The notes under the pieces are model-generated. The model was not told the DNA's origin and made no database searches. It saw nothing but the letters and a program-made list of their open reading frames with translations. A program made the position numbers and the translations under genes. Shown one piece after another: positions 45,598 through 55,699 of a stretch of DNA of 64,000 nt (its first letter is position 1; the number at the start of each line of letters is the position of its first letter). The DNA is taken from positions 10,315 through 74,314 of the IMG/VR virus record IMGVR_UViG_3300010282_000006; one strand, 5' to 3'. The stretch is from a virus (lineage: Duplodnaviria; Heunggongvirae; Uroviricota; Caudoviricetes).

Positions 45598-45860
45598 GCT
45601 GATACCTCCTTAACAATTTCAAATCTTGGATGATAGAGCGTTCCGATATTGTTGACGTAGTATTTCTTCCGATCGAATACGACGTATTGGCGGAATCCTT
45701 TATCCATGATACTGCACGCTTTTTCCTTTGTGCCGTCAGAAACAAGCAGCTTCCCGTATGGCATGACGCGGCTGTTTCCAAACGTCGGTATCGTATAGGA
45801 AAGAATCTCCAACACTTTCGGCAGATCGGGCTTGTGAAGCCTCACGTTTCTCACCTCCAC
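45594..45860 (-). CDS. hypothetical protein (start uncertain, GTG)
   Basis: 88 aa. Confidence 0.3.
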   Translation of the reverse strand: MEVRNVRLHKPDLPKVLEILSYTIPTFGNSRVMPYGKLLVSDGTKEKACSIMDKGFRQYVVFDRKKYYVNNIGTLYHPRFEIVKEVSA

Positions 45861-45901
45861 GGATATAAGAGAACGATTCGCCGATTTGCTAACCGCTTAA
45901 T

Positions 45902-45930
45902 AAAAAATCCCGCCTCTCGGCGGGATTTGT
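45902..45930 (-). terminator. intrinsic terminator (hairpin ATCCCGCC/GGCGGGAT followed by U-run on minus strand)
   Basis: read from sequence. Confidence 0.5.
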
Positions 45931-45946
45931 CAAAATGCTGTCGATT

Positions 45947-46531
45947 TTACTTGTTGAAGTTCTCGTTGAAGGTGCCGGAGTAGGCCATGACGTCGTTCCA
46001 GTCGTCGTATGTAACCTTTTCACGCTGCCCGTCGCACACGAAAACCGTGTTGGGGCGCGGCAGGCTTCCGTCTCCGGCGTTTGCGCTGCAACCGTAGCAA
46101 AACCACTTTGCGCAATTCTCGCGCGGGAAGTAGACCTCGCGGGCATAGTACAGATCGTCCAGCAGCCCACGGTAAATCTCGCGGCCGGTTCCGTTCTCGG
46201 TCTTGACGAAGCGAACGGGAATGACACGCTCAGGATTGCGGTGCGGATTGTTGTGCCAGTCGCTCTGCGAGACTTCGACCTTGAAGTCGCCCAACATCGG
46301 GACGATAACGGCGTGATCGGCCACATACTGAACGCCGAGGCGTTTCACGGTCTCGCGCTCCATAAAAACAACGCCGCTTGTGCCGGTGCAATCCGTTGCC
46401 GTCACCTTGACGCGCTTTGAAAAGTCGATGTTGAATCCGTATTTGATAAACGGCTGAATATCCTCCTGCGTCGGCTCGGAAAAACGAACCGTCACATCGG
46501 TATCGCGGTGGGAAATGATCGTCTGTTCCAT
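45947..46531 (-). CDS. hypothetical protein (start trimmed)
   Basis: 195 aa. Confidence 0.4.
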   Translation of the reverse strand: MEQTIISHRDTDVTVRFSEPTQEDIQPFIKYGFNIDFSKRVKVTATDCTGTSGVVFMERETVKRLGVQYVADHAVIVPMLGDFKVEVSQSDWHNNPHRNPERVIPVRFVKTENGTGREIYRGLLDDLYYAREVYFPRENCAKWFCYGCSANAGDGSLPRPNTVFVCDGQREKVTYDDWNDVMAYSGTFNENFNK

Positions 46532-46541
46532 GTTGTCCTCC

Positions 46542-47027
46542 TTATCTGTACCAGAACTCACCTTTGAGCGCCATGTCCTTCGGATAGACGGGATGGACTT
46601 CGCCATTTGCGAACTCGATGCGCTCCTCATCCAAAACATCCAGATCGCCGTCCACGCCGGACAGCTCGATTTCCAAGACCTCCTTCGTCTTCATATTGAC
46701 CTTGCACTTGCTTTCTGCGGAGATTTCGCCGTCGTTCCACAGACTGATGAATGTTGCATCCACCAGCTCATCCGCCAGCGGCGGAACAGAGAAGACCGGC
46801 GCGTCCTGCGTGGCGGAGATCGTCGCCGTGGAGCTGATTGCCATGCGGTAAATCTGCCCGACCACCTCGTCCGGAAGATCGGCCTTGTAGAATTTCACGC
46901 TGCGGTCAGATGCAATGTGCGCGACGTTCTCATAGTCGCCGTGCTCATATTTGAGACGGTTCCAGACAGACAGGCCATTCCCAAAATGACCGAAGCCCAG
47001 AGAAAAATCCTTGCTTGTGCGTTCCAT
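46542..47027 (-). CDS. hypothetical protein (start trimmed)
   Basis: 161 aa. Confidence 0.4.
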   Translation of the reverse strand: MERTSKDFSLGFGHFGNGLSVWNRLKYEHGDYENVAHIASDRSVKFYKADLPDEVVGQIYRMAISSTATISATQDAPVFSVPPLADELVDATFISLWNDGEISAESKCKVNMKTKEVLEIELSGVDGDLDVLDEERIEFANGEVHPVYPKDMALKGEFWYR

Positions 47028-47052
47028 GCTGTTATCCTCCCTTCGCCTCTGC

Positions 47053-47562
47053 TTACCTGTTTTCCACGCGGCGATAATGGGCTTCTCCGTTGGAAAACGT
47101 GCCGACAACATGGTATTCCTCGAAGCCGTATTCCTGAGCCAGCTTGCGAAGCGCGCGGGTGATCTTGCGCTGCTCGCTCGCGTACTTCCGCCGTGCCGCG
47201 CTCCGGCAAAGGTCGAAGTAGTAGCGGCAATCCTCGTTGTCGTAGTCGTCGCCGTCCAGATCGTGCTCCGTCTCGACGTAGAACTGAGCGCCAGTCCAGT
47301 AACCGCCGCGCAGATCGGTCTTGTGGAACAGCAGGTCACGATTTAACTCCTCCATCCGTTCGCCGACATCATGGAAGATTTCGTCTCGGAGAAAATCATC
47401 GAAAGATGTGTCGTCTTCCAGATCGTCGCTTCCGCAGACGGGGCAGACGTCGGTATCGTCGTAGATGATCGCGCCGCAGTCGGCGCAGCGCTTGACCTCC
47501 GTGTAGAAGTCACGGGCGAAAAGAGGAAAATCCCTCATGGTGCAGAAATTCGGGCAGCTCAT
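47053..47562 (-). CDS. hypothetical zinc-ribbon protein
   Basis: 169 aa, CADCG..CPVCG. Confidence 0.4.
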   Translation of the reverse strand: MSCPNFCTMRDFPLFARDFYTEVKRCADCGAIIYDDTDVCPVCGSDDLEDDTSFDDFLRDEIFHDVGERMEELNRDLLFHKTDLRGGYWTGAQFYVETEHDLDGDDYDNEDCRYYFDLCRSAARRKYASEQRKITRALRKLAQEYGFEEYHVVGTFSNGEAHYRRVENR

Positions 47563-47651
47563 AGCTCACAGCCTCCGTTTTCAGATTGACCTTGCGGCCA
47601 TCTATACAAGAGAAAGAAAACGCCGGCTGCTAACCGGCGCTTCCAAAATAT

Positions 47652-47993
47652 TTATGCCTCGCGGAGCTTCTTTTGCAGCGCTTCGATGCTGTCGATACAG
47701 TCCTGATCTGCTTCGACAATATCCATGTCGTCGCCCGCCCATTTGATTTCGCTCTCCCGCGCTTCGGAGAGGGCGTTCAGCGCGTCCATAATCAGCTCGT
47801 AATCGCTGCTGTCCAGCTCGACCAGTGTGTTCTCCCGATGCGTTTTGCTGACGGGTCCATCCTCGATCTCATAGACCAGTTGCTCCGTTTCGCTGTCGCT
47901 CAAGAGTACCGCCGTGCGTCCATCGTTGATGATCTCGCGTGCGGTGATTTGCAGTTCGTACTGCCTGCCGTTCCATGTGATGTTTTTGTGCAT
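47652..47993 (-). CDS. hypothetical protein
   Basis: 113 aa. Confidence 0.4.
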   Translation of the reverse strand: MHKNITWNGRQYELQITAREIINDGRTAVLLSDSETEQLVYEIEDGPVSKTHRENTLVELDSSDYELIMDALNALSEARESEIKWAGDDMDIVEADQDCIDSIEALQKKLREA

Positions 47994-48040
47994 GGTGTTA
48001 CCTCCTTTTCACATATACCAGAGAAGAAAAGAGACCGGTG

Positions 48041-48283
48041 CTAACCGGTCTCTGAAAAATTCTCGTTGCCTGCGTCATGCCCCAGCTCGTAGACCTCATA
48101 CGCCGCGCGTTCCAGCCGGTCGATCGTGTTGGTCGCATACGGCTCCGCCTCTTTCAGTGCATCCGCCTCGGCCGTCAGCACCTCGTTGACAAAGGCGAAC
48201 GCCTCCTCGACGTCGCTGTCCAGCACCAGTAGCGTGCTGTGTTTTTTGACGATCTTGTTAAACTGCTCCTTGGAAAGAACCAT
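48041..48283 (-). CDS. hypothetical protein (start trimmed)
   Basis: 80 aa. Confidence 0.35.
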   Translation of the reverse strand: MVLSKEQFNKIVKKHSTLLVLDSDVEEAFAFVNEVLTAEADALKEAEPYATNTIDRLERAAYEVYELGHDAGNENFSETG

Positions 48284-48296
48284 ATTGTCCTCCTTT

Positions 48297-48926
48297 TCAC
48301 ACGTTGATGATTCCGTCTTTGATAACGCCCTCGGTGCATCCGTCTTCCTCCGTGATGACCGGCGGACGGTCGAAGACCGCTTGGAAGCGGCACTCGCCGC
48401 CGTTGTTGTACGCGCAGGCCGTTGTTCCGCAATCCTGCGGCTCATCCTCGCCGCTCAACTTGATCTCGTCCTTGTTCCATAGGATTCGCGAACAAGAGAC
48501 AGACTGGATGCCTCCGGCGTTCCCGCGCTTGACATGGCAGTCGATGATACGGCTATACGCCTCCGCCAGACTGTTCGCCTCCACGGTCATGCCGCGCGCC
48601 TCGCCGTTTGCATAGTTGACAATCGCGACGAATCTGTCGGGCGCGTATTCCTCCTTAAACTCCACGCGGCTGAGACCATCTACCACATCGAACCCGCAAT
48701 GCGGGCAGGCCGTGAAGCTCTGGCCGTAGATTTTCTCGTCGTGAAGGGAAGAGGCAAGAAACATCTCACCGCAGGCTTCGCAGCGAATGAGCTTGCCGCT
48801 GTCCTCCATCTCTCCGGCGCAGGTGTCGCAGACCAGACGCGCCGTGGGAAGTCCGACGTCGATCTCGCGCAGCTCGTCCTCGTCGACGTTCCAGCCGCAC
48901 TCGGTACAGATTTTCTTTTTACACAT
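48297..48926 (-). CDS. hypothetical Cys-rich protein
   Basis: 209 aa. Confidence 0.4.
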   Translation of the reverse strand: MCKKKICTECGWNVDEDELREIDVGLPTARLVCDTCAGEMEDSGKLIRCEACGEMFLASSLHDEKIYGQSFTACPHCGFDVVDGLSRVEFKEEYAPDRFVAIVNYANGEARGMTVEANSLAEAYSRIIDCHVKRGNAGGIQSVSCSRILWNKDEIKLSGEDEPQDCGTTACAYNNGGECRFQAVFDRPPVITEEDGCTEGVIKDGIINV

Positions 48927-49031
48927 GATGAAGTCCTCCTTTCAGGCTTCTGTCTCTATATCAGAACTATTCCACGATTTGCTAACCGCTAAATAAAAAA
49001 AGCGGCGGAGTGATCCGCCGCTCCTGTTCCG

Positions 49032-49472
49032 CTATCCGTAAACCAGCTCTCCGAAAAGCGCATACTGGACGATCATGTCCGCCATCTCCGCGTCGATCTC
49101 GCCCGTGTCAATCTTGCCGGTTTTCAGATCGACTGCACCGTACACATCGCCGCCGTTCTGAATCCACAGCTTGATGCCGGACAGCAGCTTTTCCAGATTG
49201 AGAAGCCAGCCCTCGCCGTCGTCCTCGTCCTCTGCGTCGAAAAAGCGGATAGACTTCATGGTGGACGGGCGTGCGCTGTCGCAGTCCAGCAGTATCTTCG
49301 CCGCCGTGGTCTCCACCGGCTCATCCTCCGGTGCATTTTCAAACGCGCTCGTCGTGTTGTCCAGACACGCCCAATAGCCGATTCCGCCTTCCAGCGCGGC
49401 GCTGAGAATGTCCTTGACGTCCTCGTCCGTCAGCGTGACGGTCGCCTCGATTTTGATTTTATATTCGTTCAT
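49032..49472 (-). CDS. hypothetical protein (start trimmed)
   Basis: 146 aa. Confidence 0.4.
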   Translation of the reverse strand: MNEYKIKIEATVTLTDEDVKDILSAALEGGIGYWACLDNTTSAFENAPEDEPVETTAAKILLDCDSARPSTMKSIRFFDAEDEDDGEGWLLNLEKLLSGIKLWIQNGGDVYGAVDLKTGKIDTGEIDAEMADMIVQYALFGELVYG

Positions 49473-49609
49473 GGGAAACCTCCTCGCTTTAAGTACATAT
49501 ATTAGAGAAGCATGTGTATATTTGCTAACCGTTCCGATTTTGAATATGCAAAAAAATAGAGCGGGGAAGACCGACCACCACGACGGCCTTCCCCTAAAAA
49601 AGAGATACC

Positions 49610-50044
49610 TTATTTTTCGTGCCAGAAGACAGGCGCAATGTAGTATCCGTCGTGATACAGCGCACCGCTCCATCCGTTCAGCCTGTCAAACAAAAACTCA
49701 AAAAGAACATGCCACACACCGCAATCCGTTTGAACAGTGAATAAACGGAAATCCGTGTCGATCTCGACAGACAACACCTCGCGCGTCTCCGTTCCATCCG
49801 AAATGAGCACGGGCACGCCCTTGGCCTTGTGAAGTGCGATTTCGCGGAAAATCTGATGGACGTCGCTTGTCGCATCCGCTCCCTCTTTGCGGAAATGCTC
49901 CGCCAGATAGACGGCGCTGAGGGCGTGTTCCTTGTTGTCATCGTCCGCCGTGATGATTCCGCCGTCCTCCATGTAGTCCAGCACGGGGTAGAATTTTCCG
50001 GCGGTGAAATACTCGCCGTCTGTGATTGCCTGATAGTATTGCAT
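49610..50044 (-). CDS. hypothetical protein (start trimmed)
   Basis: 144 aa. Confidence 0.4.
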   Translation of the reverse strand: MQYYQAITDGEYFTAGKFYPVLDYMEDGGIITADDDNKEHALSAVYLAEHFRKEGADATSDVHQIFREIALHKAKGVPVLISDGTETREVLSVEIDTDFRLFTVQTDCGVWHVLFEFLFDRLNGWSGALYHDGYYIAPVFWHEK

Positions 50045-50113
50045 GATCGTCAACCCCTTCCATACATACAAGAGAAACCGGCGTGATTTTGCTAACCACG
50101 CCGGTAAATTTTT

Positions 50114-50317
50114 TCAGTTGATCGCAATGCGCTTGTCGCCGTGTTCCAGCGCGTTTTTCAGCTTCTCGCCGATGATCGTCAACTGCTCATAGCGCAGGTG
50201 AGACAGTCCGCGCTCGACCTGATTGGACGCGCGGCGGCTGTTGTTGTCGTAGTGTTGGCCGGTCATCTTCACGACCTCCGCGAGCCATTGCAGCTCTGCC
50301 TTGCTCAGATGTTCCAT
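50114..50317 (-). CDS. hypothetical protein
   Basis: 67 aa. Confidence 0.35.
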   Translation of the reverse strand: MEHLSKAELQWLAEVVKMTGQHYDNNSRRASNQVERGLSHLRYEQLTIIGEKLKNALEHGDKRIAIN

Positions 50318-50319
50318 TT

Positions 50320-50619
50320 TCAGACCTCCATGCCTCTCGCAAATTTCTCCTGGTCGATGATGCAGGTGATCGCGCTCATGGCGTCCATGTACTGCATCGA
50401 CTTGTCGCGCTCGCCCAGATGATCGCAGCGGTCGCTCATCTGATTATAGATTATGACCACCATGTCGCGGACGTTGTTCAGCTCGATAGGCGTTCTGCTT
50501 TCCAGTTCCAGAATGCGCCTGATCGTCTCCGCCTCCTCAGCATTCACGATGCCGCGCTGTGCGGGCGTATAGGCGTTGTTCAACTCAAGGATGGATTGAA
50601 AATCTGTTTTTGTCGTCAT
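50320..50619 (-). CDS. hypothetical protein
   Basis: 99 aa. Confidence 0.4.
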   Translation of the reverse strand: MTTKTDFQSILELNNAYTPAQRGIVNAEEAETIRRILELESRTPIELNNVRDMVVIIYNQMSDRCDHLGERDKSMQYMDAMSAITCIIDQEKFARGMEV

Positions 50620-50674
50620 ATCGAAGCACCTCCCACAGATACTTGAGATTGTTTTCCGGTCTTGCTAACCACTG

Positions 50675-50914
50675 TTACTGAAAAATCGGCCAGTCCGATT
50701 CGCCTGAGAAATCAAACGCTCCTTCTGCGTCCTTGCGCGTCCACTCTTCAACCAAAATCACCTCGGATTCGCGCAGCTTTTGCATATCCTCGGCAACAAA
50801 TGCTGCAGCCTCGTCCAATGTTGGTTCCCGCAGCGCCTTGATTATCATGGAATATCCGCTACTGAAACAGACCTCGAAGTATTTGATTTTCTTATCCATA
50901 TCGCTATCCTCCAA
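50675..50914 (-). CDS. hypothetical protein
   Basis: 79 aa. Confidence 0.35.
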   Translation of the reverse strand: MEDSDMDKKIKYFEVCFSSGYSMIIKALREPTLDEAAAFVAEDMQKLRESEVILVEEWTRKDAEGAFDFSGESDWPIFQ

Positions 50915-51247
50915 TCAATATTCACCCGGCCACCGTTCCACGATACCGGGATGCCAGCGGTAAAGTCCGATTGCCTCGCACTGTGCGTCGAAGTTGTTCG
51001 GAAAGTTGACCGCGCTCGGCACGACGGTCGTTCCGTCCGGCAGCTCTACCGGCTTGCTATATCCACCGAGGTCGTGGATGCACTCGTCCAGCGTGTCGAA
51101 AAGACGGTCAACCAGCCGCGCTCCGTTGTAGATCGCCACGCAGCTACGCAGCGGGCTCGTGCTCAGGTTCCGAACGCCGCGCCGCTCGTCGTACTCTCGG
51201 ACGACCATGCCTCGTGCAGTAAATTCAGGATAGTATTTCATGTTCAT
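50915..51247 (-). CDS. hypothetical protein (start trimmed)
   Basis: 110 aa. Confidence 0.4.
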   Translation of the reverse strand: MNMKYYPEFTARGMVVREYDERRGVRNLSTSPLRSCVAIYNGARLVDRLFDTLDECIHDLGGYSKPVELPDGTTVVPSAVNFPNNFDAQCEAIGLYRWHPGIVERWPGEY

Positions 51248-51282
51248 CGCCTCCATCCATACATGAGAACGGTTCCGCGATT

Positions 51283-51316
51283 TGCTAACCGCTGAAAAAA
51301 CTTTTTTGCGCGTCGC
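51283..51316 (-). promoter_or_regulatory. upstream motif 2 (minus-strand sense GGTTAGCAAA-N16-18-TCAT/TTAT-ATAT...GGAGG-ATG), representative copy; sigma70-like -35 TTAGCA / -10 TATAT-type
   Basis: one of 22 copies between 38.0 and 56.7 kb, each in front of a small minus-strand gene. Confidence 0.5.
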
Positions 51317-51380
51317 AGTTGGCTTTCCAATGCCTCCGTGCAAAAAGAAGAACGGCGGGCGATTTGCCCGCCGTGTTCCG

Positions 51381-51812
51381 TTACGCCTGCACGCAGCGGC
51401 GAAATCCGTCGCGCTCGCGCTCTCCCATGTGCCACTCCGCCACGAAATCCCAGCCACGCTGATACTGCGTATAGCGGCGGAAGCTCCGCACGATTGCCAG
51501 CACCGCATTGGGGTCAGCGCCGACCGTTTTGCAAACCAGCCGCAACGTGTCCCATGCACCGTCGCTCTCCGCATCTCTCTTCCAGTAGATGCCAGATTCC
51601 TTGTCCGTCATTGTCCTACCGGCGTACAGGCGGGCAATCTCCAAAAAGCTCCGGCGCGCCTCGATGTACGCCTCAGCAGCCTCCATAACCGCCGCGACGT
51701 CGTACTTGATCGGCTCGTGCTTCGCAGCGCCTTGTTCATTACTCAGATACCCTCCGCCAAATGCTACACAGTTATCCATCACGCGCGACCATACTCCCCA
51801 ACTTGCCGCCAT
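51381..51812 (-). CDS. hypothetical protein (start trimmed)
   Basis: 143 aa. Confidence 0.4.
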   Translation of the reverse strand: MAASWGVWSRVMDNCVAFGGGYLSNEQGAAKHEPIKYDVAAVMEAAEAYIEARRSFLEIARLYAGRTMTDKESGIYWKRDAESDGAWDTLRLVCKTVGADPNAVLAIVRSFRRYTQYQRGWDFVAEWHMGERERDGFRRCVQA

Positions 51813-51945
51813 TGTTTTGTACCTCCGTTCTGGATTTTTGGATTTCCTGTTGATACAAGAGAGTATTTTCCGCATTTGCTAACCTGCTCCCAAAAAAATT
51901 GCGGCGGACAGAAATGTCCGCCGCTCGTCTGTTCCGTCTGTTCCG

Positions 51946-52758
51946 TCAATAGTCCTCGCCGAGTCCGGCGTGGTATCTCCTGCGCGCCTCGAAGTATGCG
52001 CGGCGCTGGACGTCGTTGAATCCAAGGTCGTCGAAGTAGCACGCCAGATTCTCCTGTTCCCCACGCCAGCGGACGCGGCCAAATGCGCCGAGCGTATCAT
52101 AATCCGCCTGCCAGTTGATGTGATACTCGTGATTCGCCATCTCCCGGACGAAAGCGTCCACCCAATACTCGAAATTCTCGCTGTTTCCATCCTTCGCCGC
52201 CACCAGCGCCGCATAGAGCTGATCCTGATGGTCGCGGAAATCCTTGTCGGCGTAGTAGCAGAAGGAAACCTCGCTGTAATAGGGATAATTCCCCTTCAGC
52301 CGGTCAAAGACGCTCTGCTCCTTGATGTGCGTGACCGTCGCTCCGCTGTAGTCGATTCCAAAAATGGACAGGTGATCGACGCGCAGCGGGTAGAGGTCGC
52401 GCAGAAAACGCTCACGGCGCTGAAATTCGTCGTACTCCGCCAGCGGCGCGGTCAGCTCCTCCTCCGTGAAAAGCGTCTGGCGCAGCTTTTCCTCGTACAG
52501 CGCGCGCAGCTCCTCGTGCGTCTTCTCGTGCTGATCTTCGTCCCAGCGCGTCGGACGGTGGTGCAGCTCGTAGTCGTTCGCGTACCCGATCTGATGCCCA
52601 TTGAAAAAGACCAGCGCGCTGTATCCGAAGTGTCCGCCGAAGTCGATGAACAGGACGTCGTGCTCCTTGATGACCGTCGTGTCCTCCGCCAGCTCAAACG
52701 CGGCGTCCTCGTCCAGCGCCTCAATGTCTGTGATCGTCCAGTTTTTCGTCTGTTCCAT
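51946..52758 (-). CDS. hypothetical acidic protein
   Basis: 270 aa. Confidence 0.4.
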   Translation of the reverse strand: MEQTKNWTITDIEALDEDAAFELAEDTTVIKEHDVLFIDFGGHFGYSALVFFNGHQIGYANDYELHHRPTRWDEDQHEKTHEELRALYEEKLRQTLFTEEELTAPLAEYDEFQRRERFLRDLYPLRVDHLSIFGIDYSGATVTHIKEQSVFDRLKGNYPYYSEVSFCYYADKDFRDHQDQLYAALVAAKDGNSENFEYWVDAFVREMANHEYHINWQADYDTLGAFGRVRWRGEQENLACYFDDLGFNDVQRRAYFEARRRYHAGLGEDY

Positions 52759-52886
52759 GTTGTGCTCCCTTCCGGCCTGCGGCCTTGTTCTGTGAATACT
52801 TGAGAATGATTTTCTGTTCTGCTAACCAAACGGCTGAATTTTTCCAAAAAAAAGAGACGGACATTGCTGCCCGCCTCCGCGTTCCG

Positions 52887-53378
52887 TCACGCGCTGATCT
52901 TGTCCCGCTTGCCGTCCGTGTTGACGACCTCGCTCCCGTAATAGCCCCGGATGTCGTCCATCGAAAGGTTCCGACTGCTCCGCTTTTTGTAACCGTCGCG
53001 GTGGAAATACCACGCGCTTTTGTTGCTGCTCCACCGGAAGGACAGCGCCTTCAGCTCGTCCTTGTGCGGCTTCGTGTCGCCCGTCACCCACAGCCACGAG
53101 CCGCAGACCTCGATCGTGATTCCCTCCATGTGAATCAGCTTTTCAATGACGTCCATGAACTCCGCCGCCGTCTCCGTCGTCGCCGTGCGGCTCGTGTAAA
53201 ATTCGCCGTCCTTGTTCTGGTGGACGTCCTTGAGGCGCGCAAAGAGCTTTTCATACTCCGCGTTGATCTGCTGCATATCCACCGTGCTTCCGCCCATGTC
53301 GGGATGGTGCTTCATGGCGAGGCGCTTGTACTGCTTCTTCAGCTCTTCCAGCGTCTTCGGATTATCAAACCACTTCAT
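52887..53378 (-). CDS. J-domain (DnaJ-like) protein
   Basis: HPD tripeptide in KKQYKRLAMKHHPDMGGS near N-terminus (start trimmed). Confidence 0.65.
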   Translation of the reverse strand: MKWFDNPKTLEELKKQYKRLAMKHHPDMGGSTVDMQQINAEYEKLFARLKDVHQNKDGEFYTSRTATTETAAEFMDVIEKLIHMEGITIEVCGSWLWVTGDTKPHKDELKALSFRWSSNKSAWYFHRDGYKKRSSRNLSMDDIRGYYGSEVVNTDGKRDKISA

Positions 53379-53503
53379 CGTCGTGTCCTCCAAAAAATCA
53401 GATTTGGAATCTTCCATCCATATATGAGAACAGTTCCGGCGTTTGCTAACCGTTCCAAAAAATAAAAAATCCGGGAAGTTTCCCTCCCGGATTTTCCACC
53501 GAT

Positions 53504-53719
53504 TCAAACAGTCGGCACATAATCAAAATAGCCGATGCGCTCGAAGATTTCCAGCGCGCCGTGCGCGGCCTGTTTCGGCATGTCCGCAGCCCACATAAGC
53601 GGGAAGCGTAAATTGTCCATGTCGCAGACCTGAACGTGCGCCCTGTCCTCGTGAAAATCCGCCCTCATGCGGTACTGGCCGTATGTCTTTTCCATCGTGC
53701 AAAGCGGCGTGTTATACAT
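53504..53719 (-). CDS. hypothetical protein
   Basis: 71 aa. Confidence 0.35.
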   Translation of the reverse strand: MYNTPLCTMEKTYGQYRMRADFHEDRAHVQVCDMDNLRFPLMWAADMPKQAAHGALEIFERIGYFDYVPTV

Positions 53720-53892
53720 GGTTTCGCCCTCCGTTCCAAAAGTCGGTTTGTTCCTCCCGCTGATATATTAGAGCGTTTTCCGCGCCTGCTAACCGGTTTC
53801 AAAAAATATTTTCTTGTTCCATTTCGCGCGAAACATGAGAAGTGGCGGCGAAACAAAAAAAAGCGGCGGGATTGCTCCCGCCGCCCGTTCTG

Positions 53893-54114
53893 CTACTCTG
53901 CGTGAAACTCTCTTGTCGGCTGAATCGTAAATGGTACGCAAGAAACGATTTCGTCCAGCGCATCCTGCTCTTCATCCGACAAGACGCCTGTTCCATAACA
54001 TATTGCGACCTCCACGTCCTTTGTGTCGCTGAAAATGTTGATGATTTTGCCGTTTACAATGTCGATTGCAATTCTCATATTCAAATCCTCCGTTCCGTTT
54101 TTGTGATTCCTCAC
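53893..54114 (-). CDS. hypothetical protein
   Basis: 73 aa. Confidence 0.35.
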   Translation of the reverse strand: MRNHKNGTEDLNMRIAIDIVNGKIINIFSDTKDVEVAICYGTGVLSDEEQDALDEIVSCVPFTIQPTREFHAE

Positions 54115-54230
54115 ACTGTTATATGAGAAAGAATGCAGCGCTTGCTAACCAGTCTGCAAAAAAAATCAGTCGTTCCAAAAAAAATCGAAAGAGGCGGAGC
54201 GATCAAGCTCCGCCCGTTCCGTTACAGGGA

Positions 54231-54533
54231 TTATGCGGCCTGCTTCGGTTCGTAAACCGTTTTGTAATACTCCGGCAGCGTCATCCACCGGCCTTCCGGC
54301 GAGCGTTCCCACGCCCACATCTCATCGAAGAACGCCTGCAGGTGCTTCGGCTGTTTTGCCGCCAGATCGACGTCCCGCAGCTCGTCGCTGTCCAGGCAGC
54401 CGGACGCCTGAAGCTCCGGGTAGGTTCCAGCTTTGCGGTATCCGTTCATCTTCGCCACCCACAGCGATTCGTTCACGACCTGTTCCAAACTCAACATTTC
54501 GTTCCCTCCGTTCCAAGCTCCGCGGCCGCGCAA
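54231..54533 (-). CDS. hypothetical protein
   Basis: 100 aa. Confidence 0.4.
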   Translation of the reverse strand: MRGRGAWNGGNEMLSLEQVVNESLWVAKMNGYRKAGTYPELQASGCLDSDELRDVDLAAKQPKHLQAFFDEMWAWERSPEGRWMTLPEYYKTVYEPKQAA

Positions 54534-54611
54534 GCGCGCGCCGTCGTCTCATCCATTCCGTCGTCCAGCAGCATTTCCAGCAGCTCGTTATAGCTCATCG
54601 TGTTGCCCTCT

Positions 54612-54794
54612 TCAGTCCACGACCTCAATGTCGGTCAGCTCGTAGTATTCCAGCAGTTCCAGCGCGTTTGTGTAATCGCCGAAGTCGTAAAGCTCTTCCG
54701 CCTGCTCGATCATTTCGCAGTAGGTCAGCAGCTCGCCGGTCTCCAGATTCATGTAGTAGCGCCTGCGCGGGAAGGTATTCCTCATCGTGTTCAT
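54612..54794 (-). CDS. hypothetical protein
   Basis: 60 aa. Confidence 0.3.
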   Translation of the reverse strand: MNTMRNTFPRRRYYMNLETGELLTYCEMIEQAEELYDFGDYTNALELLEYYELTDIEVVD

Positions 54795-55236
54795 GTGTTC
54801 CAGCCTCCACTATTTTAACTCGCGTCGTCCGGTGGTCTCCGCAGCTTTTGCCGCAGTCCGTCGCGCGATTCTCACCTATACTTGAGAACGTTCTGCTGTT
54901 CTGCTAACCGGCAGCAAAGAAAATTTTCCAGCCGTTCCAAAATCTGAGCCGTTCCAGCGCCAGCCCAGCAGCACCAGCACCGGCGCAAAAAAGGCGGAGC
55001 CGCAAAAGCTCCGCCCTGTTCCGTCATCGCCGCGTCAGCGCTTCGGATTATCCAGCCATTCCACAAACCGCATAATCAGCTCCACCACCCTGAACGCGCC
55101 GACCGTTACCACGATGTAATACAGTGCGCCGTACTCCATGCCGTTTTACCTCCCCTAATCGTTTCATTCGTTCCGCCAGACGTTCCACCGGCAGCGCGGC
55201 CAGCCATTCCAGAAGCCAGCCGCGCGCCGCGTTCCG

Positions 55237-55599
55237 TCAAATGAAATACATTTCCCCGTTGAGCTCCAAGGCGACAGCCTCCTGCCCCATGTCCGCCTTC
55301 AGCCGCTCGCAATGCTCGACAACTTCGCCGATGTGCTCCTGCAGATCCGCGTCGCTCGCGTAGGCGAAAACGACCGTTGTATTTTCCGCGACCAGACCGG
55401 CCGCAGGGCTGAGCCAGTAACCCAGCGCCGGCGTGCTCGTCGCCCCACCGAAGAGCCGCGACAGCAGCGCCGCCGTCGCCTTGACCTGTTCCGTATTGTC
55501 CACGGCCTGATCGACCGCAGCCGTCGCCGGAACGTAGACCGTTATCTTGCTGGACAGCTTGAAGCACCGCTGCAGCTTCGCATTGTTGATCGTCATGGT
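55237..55599 (-). CDS. hypothetical protein (start trimmed)
   Basis: 120 aa. Confidence 0.4.
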   Translation of the reverse strand, partial: TMTINNAKLQRCFKLSSKITVYVPATAAVDQAVDNTEQVKATAALLSRLFGGATSTPALGYWLSPAAGLVAENTTVVFAYASDADLQEHIGEVVEHCERLKADMGQEAVALELNGEMYFI

Positions 55600-55699
55600 G
55601 GTATCTCCTTTTCCGTTTTGAAGTAGGGGCGAGCGGATGCCCGCCCCTCGCATACATGAGATTAGATTATTGGCTTGCTAACCGTTCCGAAAAATTTTC

